A model generated the notes under the pieces. That model saw nothing but the letters and a program-made list of their open reading frames with translations, did not search any database and was not told the DNA's origin. From assembly GCA_028715725.1 (NCBI GenBank), contig JAQURG010000017.1, positions 458-64,457 on the forward strand: a stretch of DNA of 64,000 bases, given 5' to 3'. Positions 1-8,748 of this stretch are shown here, piece by piece. Origin of the DNA: Methylococcales bacterium. GTDB taxonomy: Bacteria > Pseudomonadota > Gammaproteobacteria > Methylococcales > Methylomonadaceae. Positions within the stretch are counted from its first letter, which is position 1, and each line of letters opens with the position of its first letter. Position numbers and translations under genes: made by a program.

Positions 1-33
1 TGTTGCCTTTTCACTTTCCTTGTAACTAAATCC

Positions 34-2775
34 ATGCCACAACAAACTCCAAAACGCCTGATTCTGGTCGATGGTTCATCCTTCCTGTTTCGCGCTTATC
101 ATGCCATTCCACCGTTGACCAATGCAAAAGGCGAACCTACGAATGCCATTTACGGCGTTTCCAATATGCTGCGAAAACTCCTGGCAGACTATCAAAGCGA
201 TTATGTGACGGTGGTTTTTGATGCTTCGGGCAAAACTTTTCGCAATGACCTTTATGATCAATATAAAGCGCACAGACCGCCGATGCCGGATGATTTACGC
301 GTGCAGATCGAACCGCTGCACCATCTGATTCGCGCCATGGGTCTACCGTTGATTATAGAGGCGGGCGTGGAAGCTGATGATGTCCTCGGCGCATTGGCGC
401 AGCACGCGGCTCAGCAAGGTTTCAGCGTTGTTATTTCCACCGGTGATAAAGACATGGCGCAGTTGGTCACCGAGCAAATCATTTTGGAAAACACCATGTC
501 TAACACGCGTTTGGATATTCAAGGAGTTATCGATAAATTTGGCGTTAAGCCGGAACAAATTGTTGATTTTCTGGCATTGGTGGGCGATCCGATTGACAAT
601 ATTCCGGGGGTGCCTAAAGTCGGTCCCAAAACAGCAGCAAAATGGCTCGCGCAATATCAGACACTGGAAAATCTGGTCGCCAATGCCGATAAAATTAGCG
701 GAGCCATCGGTGAGAATTTACGCGCCAGTTTAACTTTATTGCCTTTATCCAAACAACTCACCACTATCAGATGCGCCCTTGATTTACCGTATAGCATGGA
801 AGACATGAGGCGCCAGCCTGTGAACAATGCGACTTTGAGAAGCCTGCTATCCGAGCTGGGATTTTCTTCATGGCTGAAAATGCTCGACAATCTTGAGGCT
901 AATGTTGGCGTTGTTGAATCTGTCATTGTTGAAGAAAAAACCGCTGCTGGCGAACCGGTCTATGAAACCCTGCTGACCGAAGAGCAGTTTAATCACTGGT
1001 TTGCACAACTTGATAAGGCTGAGCTGTTTGCCTTCGATACAGAAACTACGAGCCTTGATTACAGCAAGGCGCAGATAGTCGGCGTTTCTTTTTCAGTAAT
1101 TCCGGGCAAAGCCGCTTATGTGCCTTTAGCGCATCATTATCCGGGCGTACCGCAGCAACTGGATCGTAATCAAATTCTGGAAAAACTTCGCCCGCTCCTT
1201 GAAAATCCACATAAAGCCAAGCTGGGGCAAAACCTCAAGTATGATGCGCATGTGCTGGCAAATCACAGCATAACGCTACGTGGTATTGCGCACGACACTA
1301 TGCTGGAGTCTTATGTATTAAACAGCACTGCAACAAGGCATAACATGGATGACCTCGCTAAAGAATATCTGGACTTAACCACCATTCATTATGAAGATGT
1401 GGCCGGCAAAGGCGCGAAACAAATCCCGTTTCAGCAAGTGGCATTAGAGCAAGCCGCGCCATATGCCGCTGAAGATGCGGATATAACCTTGCGCCTGCAT
1501 CATGCACTGATCGACAAACTGCAACAGCAGCCTGCACTTCATAAGCTTTATACAGAAGTAGAAATTCCTCTTGTCAGCGTGCTTGCCCGCATTGAAAGTC
1601 AAGGTGTTTTAATCGATACAGCCATGCTGGCCCGGCAAAGCATGGAGCTGGCCAATCATATAGCCGCCGTTGAGCAGTTGGCTCATGATCTTGCAGGACA
1701 TAGTTTCAACCTGGGTTCTCCCAAACAGATCCAGGACATTCTTTACGAGCAGTTGAAACTCCCGGTTTTAAAGAAAACGCCTAAAGGCCAGCCATCAACC
1801 GAAGAGTCGGTATTACAGGAGCTGGCTCTTCAGTATCCCTTGCCCAAGCTGATCCTGGAACATCGCAGCCTAAGCAAGCTGAAATCGACCTATACCGATA
1901 AACTACCGCAGCAGGTTGATGCAAAAACCGGCCGTATCCATACGTCGTATCATCAGGCTGTAGCCGCAACTGGCCGGCTGTCTTCATCCGACCCCAATCT
2001 GCAAAATATCCCTATTCGCAGTGAAGAAGGCCGCAAAATCCGGCAGGCTTTCATCGCGCCGGCAGGCTATAAAATTATGGCTGCCGATTATTCACAGATA
2101 GAATTGCGCATCATGGCGCATTTATCCGCGGATGCAGGTTTACTGAAAGCTTTCAGCGAAGGCCTGGATGTACACAGAGCGACCGCAGCGGATGTCTTCG
2201 GCGTAGCTCCGGATCAGGTAACTGCTGATTTGCGCCGTTCGGCCAAAGCGATTAATTTCGGGCTGATTTACGGCATGTCATCATTCGGTCTGGCGCAGCA
2301 ATTAGGTTTATCACGCAGTCAGGCACAATCCTATATTGACTTATACTTTGTCCGTTATCCGGGCGTTAAAAATTATATGGACAGCATTAGAGAGCAAGCT
2401 CGCGAACAGGGTTATGTTGAAACCTTATTCGGCCGCCGTTTGTATTTGCCCGAAATAAAATCGCGCAATGCGGCTCGCCGCCAATATGCTGAACGCACCG
2501 CCATCAATGCTCCGATGCAGGGAACAGCCGCGGATATTATCAAGCGCGCCATGATAGCCACTGATCAATGGTTACACCCGGAACAGCAAAACATGGAAAA
2601 TCCGGATGCCAGGATAATTATGCAAGTTCATGACGAACTGGTATTTGAAATTAAAGAAGATCAGCTGGAGCGCTACACCGACGCTATCAGAAAACTCATG
2701 TGTTCTGCCGCAGATTTGAATGTGCCGCTGGTTGTTGATATAGGTATAGGCAATAACTGGGATGAAGCGCATTAG
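34..2775 (+). CDS. polA: DNA polymerase I
   Basis: 913-aa ORF. It has an N-terminal 5'-3' exonuclease domain, the 3'-5' exonuclease motif FDTETTSLD, and polymerase motifs DYSQIELRIMAH and QVHDELVFE. Confidence 0.97.
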   Translation: MPQQTPKRLILVDGSSFLFRAYHAIPPLTNAKGEPTNAIYGVSNMLRKLLADYQSDYVTVVFDASGKTFRNDLYDQYKAHRPPMPDDLRVQIEPLHHLIRAMGLPLIIEAGVEADDVLGALAQHAAQQGFSVVISTGDKDMAQLVTEQIILENTMSNTRLDIQGVIDKFGVKPEQIVDFLALVGDPIDNIPGVPKVGPKTAAKWLAQYQTLENLVANADKISGAIGENLRASLTLLPLSKQLTTIRCALDLPYSMEDMRRQPVNNATLRSLLSELGFSSWLKMLDNLEANVGVVESVIVEEKTAAGEPVYETLLTEEQFNHWFAQLDKAELFAFDTETTSLDYSKAQIVGVSFSVIPGKAAYVPLAHHYPGVPQQLDRNQILEKLRPLLENPHKAKLGQNLKYDAHVLANHSITLRGIAHDTMLESYVLNSTATRHNMDDLAKEYLDLTTIHYEDVAGKGAKQIPFQQVALEQAAPYAAEDADITLRLHHALIDKLQQQPALHKLYTEVEIPLVSVLARIESQGVLIDTAMLARQSMELANHIAAVEQLAHDLAGHSFNLGSPKQIQDILYEQLKLPVLKKTPKGQPSTEESVLQELALQYPLPKLILEHRSLSKLKSTYTDKLPQQVDAKTGRIHTSYHQAVAATGRLSSSDPNLQNIPIRSEEGRKIRQAFIAPAGYKIMAADYSQIELRIMAHLSADAGLLKAFSEGLDVHRATAADVFGVAPDQVTADLRRSAKAINFGLIYGMSSFGLAQQLGLSRSQAQSYIDLYFVRYPGVKNYMDSIREQAREQGYVETLFGRRLYLPEIKSRNAARRQYAERTAINAPMQGTAADIIKRAMIATDQWLHPEQQNMENPDARIIMQVHDELVFEIKEDQLERYTDAIRKLMCSAADLNVPLVVDIGIGNNWDEAH

Positions 2776-2834
2776 GTAGAATCTTGTTTTCACGAAAAAT
2801 TTATTCTGGAGGCTGCTAAAATAATTTTTGTTTT

Positions 2835-2862
2835 GAAACTTTTTATGGATACTTGAGTCTCA
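2835..2862 (+). promoter_or_regulatory. Candidate extracytoplasmic-stress sigma (RpoE/AlgU-type) promoter: GAAACTT-N16-TCTCA
   Basis: The sequence tGAAACTT (2835-2841), a 16-nt spacer and TCTCA (2858-2862) resemble the GAACTT-N16/17-TCTGA consensus. It lies in the polA-engB spacer. Confidence 0.3.
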
Positions 2863-2867
2863 TACAA

Positions 2868-2968
2868 GCAATACCTTATTGGGTGTTGAATCAGTCGTTT
2901 CCCCCTTAGTCAAACGGCTGATTATTTCCTCAAACCCCAAAGTAATTCTTATACTTTGGGGTTTTTTT
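2868..2968 (+). ncRNA. Candidate ~100-nt sRNA in the polA-engB spacer (the position of Spot 42/ErsA)
   Basis: The putative promoter sits upstream. There is an internal hairpin (2891-2900 pairs with 2912-2921), a single-stranded CU-rich stretch TTTCCTC at 2925-2931 (anti-Shine-Dalgarno-like), and a perfect 11-bp stem plus T7 terminator at 2933-2968. No ORF is present. Confidence 0.35.
2933..2968 (+). terminator. Rho-independent terminator (perfect 11-bp stem aaccccaaagt/actttggggtt followed by T7)
   Basis: Read directly from the sequence. An A/T run on both sides means it could also act on the convergent engB transcript. Confidence 0.75.
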
Positions 2969-2977
2969 GTTAAGTCT

Positions 2978-3583
2978 TCATTGCTCGACGGGGTTAAACA
3001 GCAAATCAAGCGCATGATGCACTTCATCAATGCCGGTTTTTTTTAAGGCCGAAAATAACTGTATAGTCAGCGGGAAGTTGATATCTTTAAGTTCTCTTTG
3101 TACCTGTAATAATGTGTTTTTAGCCGCTCCATAAGTTAATTTATCGGCTTTGGTTAACAAGATATGCAGAGGCAAGCCGGTATGCCGGCACCACTCAACC
3201 ATCTGCCAGTCAAATTCTGTCAGGGGATTACGCACATCCATGACTAAAATAATTGCACATAATGACTTGCGGCTGGTTAAATAGGTTTCCATCAGCTCAT
3301 GCCATTTCTTTTTAACCGCCACAGGCACTTTGGCATAACCATAACCCGGCAAATCTACAAACCGCTGCCGGGCATTAATTTCAAAAAAATTAAGCATCTG
3401 GGTTCTACCGGGGGTTTTACTGGTTCTGGCCAATGCGTTCTGTCGGGTTAAGGCATTAATGGCGCTTGATTTGCCGGCATTTGATCGACCTGCAAATGCC
3501 ACTTCACGGCCTTGATCTTCGGGCGTATCATTAAGATGAGGTGAACTGTTAATAAATTTTGCTTGATGATAAACTGGGTTCAT
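2978..3583 (-). CDS. engB: Ribosome biogenesis GTP-binding protein YihA/EngB
   Basis: G1 motif GRSNAGKSS plus DLPGYGYA. ATG at M9 of the ORF track (MNPVYHQAKF...) matches the length of the E. coli YihA N-terminus; the track ORF starts at an upstream TTG. Confidence 0.93.
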   Translation of the reverse strand: MNPVYHQAKFINSSPHLNDTPEDQGREVAFAGRSNAGKSSAINALTRQNALARTSKTPGRTQMLNFFEINARQRFVDLPGYGYAKVPVAVKKKWHELMETYLTSRKSLCAIILVMDVRNPLTEFDWQMVEWCRHTGLPLHILLTKADKLTYGAAKNTLLQVQRELKDINFPLTIQLFSALKKTGIDEVHHALDLLFNPVEQ

Positions 3584-3692
3584 CGCTGCCTCGCTTAAGC
3601 TTATCAATTAGGGTAGAATTTGACCGCAATAGCGCAGCCGGATACATCATTAAGGCTACTCATAATAATTACTTTATTCCAAGGGGAATCCG

Positions 3693-4367
3693 ATGAAAAA
3701 AAAATTGCTGGCATTTTCACTGACACTGGCATTTTCCAGCGCTCCAGCTATTTTACATGCAGCAGCCAATATTAGCGCAGGAAAAGAAAAAGCGGCTCAG
3801 TGTGTCAGCTGCCACGGAGAGAATGGCAACAGCATGGTCTCAAACTTCCCCAAACTTGCACAGCAGCATTCATCCTACCTGGTGAAACAGTTGCAATCTT
3901 TTAAAGACGGCACGCGTAAAAATCCGATAATGTCAGCAATAGCACAGGGATTAACCATAGAAGATATGGTTGATATCGCCGCTTATTATGCGGAACAAAA
4001 AATTTCGCCGAACGAGTTACCGATTTTAGATGATGAAGACGAAGATGAAAAGTCGCCAGGAAAATCCGATGGAGCTGCTAAAGTACAGGCTATGATTGCC
4101 CAGGGAAGCGATTTATACCGCAACGGCGACCTGACTCGCGAAGTGTCGGCTTGTATTGCCTGCCACGGCCCCTTTGGCGATGGCAATAAACCCGCCGCAT
4201 TCCCATTGTTAAAATCTCAACATGCGGACTATTTAATAAAAGCGCTTACTGACTTTAAATCCGGCGCACGCAGTAATAACCCGGATAATATGATGCACAT
4301 GATTGCTAGAAAAATGACCGATGAAGAAATTAAAGCCGTTGCTTATCGCATTTCGATGATGAAATAA
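3693..4367 (+). CDS. Dihaem cytochrome c4
   Basis: Signal peptide and two CxxCH haem motifs (CVSCHG, CIACHG), each followed by a distal Met region. The engB-cyt c4-dsbA synteny is as in Pseudomonas. Confidence 0.9.
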   Translation: MKKKLLAFSLTLAFSSAPAILHAAANISAGKEKAAQCVSCHGENGNSMVSNFPKLAQQHSSYLVKQLQSFKDGTRKNPIMSAIAQGLTIEDMVDIAAYYAEQKISPNELPILDDEDEDEKSPGKSDGAAKVQAMIAQGSDLYRNGDLTREVSACIACHGPFGDGNKPAAFPLLKSQHADYLIKALTDFKSGARSNNPDNMMHMIARKMTDEEIKAVAYRISMMK

Positions 4368-4437
4368 ACTGCAATTCATTAAAACCTATTAAATGGATTG
4401 AATCCCGTATTGTACTGACCTTGAAAACCTTAAAATT

Positions 4438-5058
4438 ATGCTGAAAAAAATCACTCAAATCAGTTTGGTAATCTTGTTATTCTCTTTTACAACGCTGCTG
4501 AAAGCAGAGCAACCGGGTTATGAAACGCTTTCACCGGCTCAGCCGACACAAAATCCGGATAAAGTTGAAGTTATCGAATTCTTCTGGTACGGCTGCCCGC
4601 ATTGCTATAGCTTCGAGCCTTTGCTGGAGAAGTGGGTAAAAGGTCTGCCTAAAAATGTTGAATTTATCCGCCAGCCCGCAGTATTCAATGATACGTGGGG
4701 CAAACATGCCAAAGCTTATTACACGGCCGAAGCCCTGGGTGTCGTCGATAAAGTTCATGCCGATTTTTTTGATGCCATACAAAATAAAAAAGAGAAGCTT
4801 GAGACTGAAGAAGAGCTCGCCAAATTTTTTGCAGCTCATGGTGTTAATGAAGCTGAATTTCATGAGGCTTATAATTCATTCCTCGTCGATGCGAAAATGC
4901 GTCAGGCGCCTATTATGGCAAGCCGCTACGGCATAACAGGGGTTCCTGTCATTATTATTAATGGCAAATATAAAACCAACGGCACTTTAGCGGGCTCTCA
5001 TGAAAAAATGATCGAAGTCATGAACCAGCTGATTCAACAGGAAAGCAAGAAAAAATAA
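4438..5058 (+). CDS. dsbA: Thiol:disulfide interchange protein DsbA
   Basis: Signal peptide, CPHC active site and DsbA-like length. Confidence 0.92.
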   Translation: MLKKITQISLVILLFSFTTLLKAEQPGYETLSPAQPTQNPDKVEVIEFFWYGCPHCYSFEPLLEKWVKGLPKNVEFIRQPAVFNDTWGKHAKAYYTAEALGVVDKVHADFFDAIQNKKEKLETEEELAKFFAAHGVNEAEFHEAYNSFLVDAKMRQAPIMASRYGITGVPVIIINGKYKTNGTLAGSHEKMIEVMNQLIQQESKKK

Positions 5059-5077
5059 TCAGGATGGAATGAAAGTA

Positions 5078-5112
5078 GCTGTTGCGTTTGTTTGCAAAAC
5101 AAGCACAACAGC
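5078..5112 (+). terminator. Hairpin downstream of dsbA (gctgttg ... caacagc, with inner imperfect pairing), followed by GTTTCCTT
   Basis: Inverted repeat read from the sequence. The T-run is weak. Confidence 0.45.
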
Positions 5113-5174
5113 GTTTCCTTCAATTATTCATGCGCTTTGGCCAAGTGGCTAAATGAGGGGCGTGTGCAATAGGA

Positions 5175-5489
5175 TCATTTTACGATAAGGCTGTTGTCAA
5201 CCGTTTTGACGCCTTTAACTCTTCTTGTAAGATCCACGGCTCTGGCGGCCATATCACTGGAATCGACAAATCCGCTCAGCTGCACGACACCCTTGAAAGT
5301 TTTAACATTAATTTGAAGGGTCTTGAGTCTTGAGTCACCTAATATTGATGCCTTCACTTTGGTAGTAATAGCAGAATCATCGATATACTCACCGGTACTC
5401 TCATACTTTTTGCTGCCTGCGCATCCGGCGGCAAAATTAGCCAATACCAGAACTATTAAAAAACGCTTTACCAAAATTAATATACTCAT
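5175..5489 (-). CDS. BON-domain lipoprotein (OsmY-like)
   Basis: Lipobox AAGC. The BON-like repeat segments are ITTKVKASILGD ... VKTFKGVVQLSGFV ... VKGVKTVDNSL. Confidence 0.8.
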   Translation of the reverse strand: MSILILVKRFLIVLVLANFAAGCAGSKKYESTGEYIDDSAITTKVKASILGDSRLKTLQINVKTFKGVVQLSGFVDSSDMAARAVDLTRRVKGVKTVDNSLIVK

Positions 5490-5619
5490 AATTGCTCCAC
5501 TTTTAAAAATAAAACGAAAATTTGTTAATAAAACCGATGGCGCCTATTATTCACTCCTCAACTTAATGCTTTATTATTTTATCCAAAAAGTGATTTTAGC
5601 CAGAATTTTATAGTTCGCT

Positions 5620-7179
5620 TTACTGAATATTTTTCGGCCTTGTTAATCCGACGCCAAGCAATACTATTAAAGCGCCCCAAAGTAGACAGGGAACCAGCCA
5701 AAACCAGCTTTGGTAAAAAGTAACCGGCGGGTTTTTAAGATAAGGCACTTCATATAGCCCGGTCCATGGCTGATGTAGCGGAGATTGCTCCAGAATATCT
5801 CCTGATGCCAGCGATACTGTAGATATGCCTGTGTTAGTGACGCGCAATACGGGGCGCCGAAACTCCACACCCCGAGCCAGCGTCATATACAGATGCTGAT
5901 AAGGCTCCTGCCATGTTCCATACCACGAGTCATTAGTTACATTGACGATAAATTGCGCCCCCAGATCAGCTAGTGAGCGTGAGAATCCCGGAAAAAGACT
6001 TTCATAACATATTTGCGCGCCCATTTTATAGCCGTTCCAGTTTAACAGTCTGGTTGGACCTGCGCCTCTGGCGAAATGACCTGTTGGCGGCAGCCAGTCC
6101 CGGATTTGCGGAAAGAACTGCTCGCCGGGAATGTATTCACCGAAGGCCAGCAAGATAGTCTTGCTGTAATGAGGCGGCGCAATTTCTCCATCTTTATTCA
6201 ACACAAACAGGGAATTGGTAATCAAGCGGGACTGTTCATCAACACTGTAAGCCCCGGTAATCAGCGGAAGCTGTCGCTCATGGAGAAATTGAGCCAGAGC
6301 TATTGGCAATTCGTTGAATCTGAACTGTTCTCCCAGCAAGGCTGGAAAAGCAGTTTCAGGCCACATAACAAAATCGATTTTTGATTGTTTATGGGCTTCG
6401 AGTGCTTTATCGGTTAATATTTTATAACGATTGAATATTTCATTACTAAAACCCTCACCCAGCTCTGCCGCCATTTTTTCCGAATTTTCTATGCTCGCCT
6501 GAACCAGCAGCGTTTTAAAAGAGGCATCGGGCTGCGGTAATCTGTTTTTAAGCCATAGCCCTCCTGCATTTAATAGAATAAACCCTGCGATAACCATCAT
6601 GAATATAACTTTTCCCGAGTTCTGACGGCGTTGTTTCCAGGCCAGATAAAGCGGCAGGTTGCAAAGTAGTGTTGCGGCGCTAAGACCGCTGAACCCGATG
6701 AATTCAGCCCACTGATAAACGGGAATATTTGCTCCGTACCACGAATAGCCGAAGTTCCAGTCAAACAGCGTCAGGGAATAAGCTTCACACAAGATGGTGA
6801 TAATGGCCATCATCCACAACGATAACCGTTCCGGCCACTTGAATTTTTGCTGCCCCCAAAACCATAATAGTCCCGCAAAAGGCACAAACAAATGCGCGAT
6901 CAAGGCGTAAACAAGCATGCCGATAAGAGCTATCGGCCAATCCAGATGAGCGAATTCGTGCAGCAGATAAGTCATCCAGTTAAAACCGATCAGCGTGAAT
7001 ATAAAAGCGGTGGTTAAGCCGCCCAGGAACACGTCCTTAAAACGGGTTTGCCGGCTCCAGAAAATCCATAACGGCACAAAGCAGAACAGGGAAGCCCAAG
7101 GCGGAAAAGGAATGTAGCTGGTGCCTATCAGAGAACCCGACAGGACGGGGAGTAACCAAAGTTTGAGTTTGCTGTTCAT
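5620..7179 (-). CDS. lnt: Apolipoprotein N-acyltransferase
   Basis: 519 aa. It has a polytopic N-terminus plus a C-terminal CN-hydrolase domain (WPETA, ICYES). Confidence 0.93.
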   Translation of the reverse strand: MNSKLKLWLLPVLSGSLIGTSYIPFPPWASLFCFVPLWIFWSRQTRFKDVFLGGLTTAFIFTLIGFNWMTYLLHEFAHLDWPIALIGMLVYALIAHLFVPFAGLLWFWGQQKFKWPERLSLWMMAIITILCEAYSLTLFDWNFGYSWYGANIPVYQWAEFIGFSGLSAATLLCNLPLYLAWKQRRQNSGKVIFMMVIAGFILLNAGGLWLKNRLPQPDASFKTLLVQASIENSEKMAAELGEGFSNEIFNRYKILTDKALEAHKQSKIDFVMWPETAFPALLGEQFRFNELPIALAQFLHERQLPLITGAYSVDEQSRLITNSLFVLNKDGEIAPPHYSKTILLAFGEYIPGEQFFPQIRDWLPPTGHFARGAGPTRLLNWNGYKMGAQICYESLFPGFSRSLADLGAQFIVNVTNDSWYGTWQEPYQHLYMTLARGVEFRRPVLRVTNTGISTVSLASGDILEQSPLHQPWTGLYEVPYLKNPPVTFYQSWFWLVPCLLWGALIVLLGVGLTRPKNIQ

Positions 7180-7338
7180 AAGATGTTGATGCTAAAGGTC
7201 ACTTCCATCAGATTAAGGAAATGCGCTATGCGTAGATGTGTTTTGCGTAATCTGACTTTCGAGCTCGAGGCGGCTGTCGGGTTACAAAATGTTAGCCCGG
7301 ACTACATAAAGCCTGTTAAGCTTGATTAAGCTTATTCC

Positions 7339-8121
7339 TTAATTATTATGAAGCTCGGCATACAAGGCGCGGTATTCGTCGCTCAGTTTATGGCTGGGAG
7401 CATAATGCACCAGCGGCTGTGAAACGGTGTGAGACTCTCTGACTTTAATGGAGGGTGAGATCATGGCGGCAAGAACAGGAAGTCCTTCGGCAATAAGCTC
7501 CTCAACTAACTGGCGCGGCAAATTCGCCTGTTTCTGGTACTGATTAACAATAATTCCTTCAATCTGAAGGTTCTGGTTATGATCCGCTTTAACTTCCGTT
7601 ACGGCCTGCATCAGTGTGTATAAGGCTTCTCTGGCAAAGGTATCGCAATCAAAAGGAATCAAGCATTTTTCGGCAGCGATTAAGGCAGACTGGCTGTAGA
7701 AGTTGAGGATAGGAGGAGTATCCATATAAATAGCATCAAAACCTTGCAGTTTTTCCAGCGCTTCTTTCAGCTTGAAAATTTTAAAACGCGACTCCAAACG
7801 GCCTTGCAAGGGTTCGAGGTCCGGATGTGAAGGAATAACGAACAGATTAGGGAAGGGGGTTTCATGGACAACGGCCTCAAGCCCGGCGTTGCTGTTGCCG
7901 CCTCCGAACAGGGACAGGCTTAAGCAGTCTTTAAAAAAAAGAGCAATGGTTTTATCGCTCTCGCTGACTTTATGACCCAGCAAATATTGCGTAGAGTTGC
8001 CCTGAATATCCAGATCAATGACCAGGGTGCGCTTGCCTTCAAGGGCGCTGATAGCGGCTAAATTACAGGTAATGGTTGATTTCCCGACCCCGCCTTTCTG
8101 GTTAAAAATGACTCTACGCAT
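7339..8121 (-). CDS. Orphan ParA/MinD-family ATPase
   Basis: Deviant Walker A NQKGGVGKST. The likely start is MRRVIF (M5 of the track ORF). Confidence 0.85.
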   Translation of the reverse strand: MRRVIFNQKGGVGKSTITCNLAAISALEGKRTLVIDLDIQGNSTQYLLGHKVSESDKTIALFFKDCLSLSLFGGGNSNAGLEAVVHETPFPNLFVIPSHPDLEPLQGRLESRFKIFKLKEALEKLQGFDAIYMDTPPILNFYSQSALIAAEKCLIPFDCDTFAREALYTLMQAVTEVKADHNQNLQIEGIIVNQYQKQANLPRQLVEELIAEGLPVLAAMISPSIKVRESHTVSQPLVHYAPSHKLSDEYRALYAELHNN

Positions 8122-8180
8122 GTTATTCCCCATGAAATCAAATAGATGAAAATCGCATTATACGGCTTAGGCCGTTAATA

Positions 8181-8666
8181 TCAAATGCGGATAAAAGTTG
8201 TCGCATGGCATGCCGGACACTCAGGAATTTCACTGGTGGTTTTAAACGCTATTTCTTTATCACATTCATCACAGACAAAGGTCCCGGGTCCGGTAATGTC
8301 ACCGCTATGATAGGTATGCGCTTCAGCCATTTTCTCCAGTTTTGCAAGTTCGAGACGAGTTTTGTCGGCAACGCTCAAGAAGGCATCCAGAGTAAAATTT
8401 TCAATCAACTCAATATCGAATTTAAACCACTCGGACAGCGAATCCTTATCTTCCTCGGCTGACAAGCCATGGACCGCCTGTTCAATATCCCTTTTGACAT
8501 AGCTTGAAAGCTTGTCAAGTTCATCTTCAGTCAAATCGCTAGTCCGGCTGGTTTTTTCCTTTGCAATTTCCAGCGCGTCGGCAAAAGAATGAAGCGAGTC
8601 TTCCATAGTTTCATGAAGGTGCTTCATAAAATCGGCATAGGCGGCGATTAATTTATTTTTATTCAT
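8181..8666 (-). CDS. Zinc-ribbon-containing protein (DUF1451-like)
   Basis: C-terminal CDECxxx...CPACH zinc ribbon and an acidic helical N-terminus. The family name is from memory. Confidence 0.65.
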   Translation of the reverse strand: MNKNKLIAAYADFMKHLHETMEDSLHSFADALEIAKEKTSRTSDLTEDELDKLSSYVKRDIEQAVHGLSAEEDKDSLSEWFKFDIELIENFTLDAFLSVADKTRLELAKLEKMAEAHTYHSGDITGPGTFVCDECDKEIAFKTTSEIPECPACHATTFIRI

Positions 8667-8748
8667 AGTTCAATTCCTGAAAATGACACTTTAGATTTAA
8701 GCAACTGTACGGTATTCTAACGCTTTTGACTGGTAAAAGACGAGAAGG

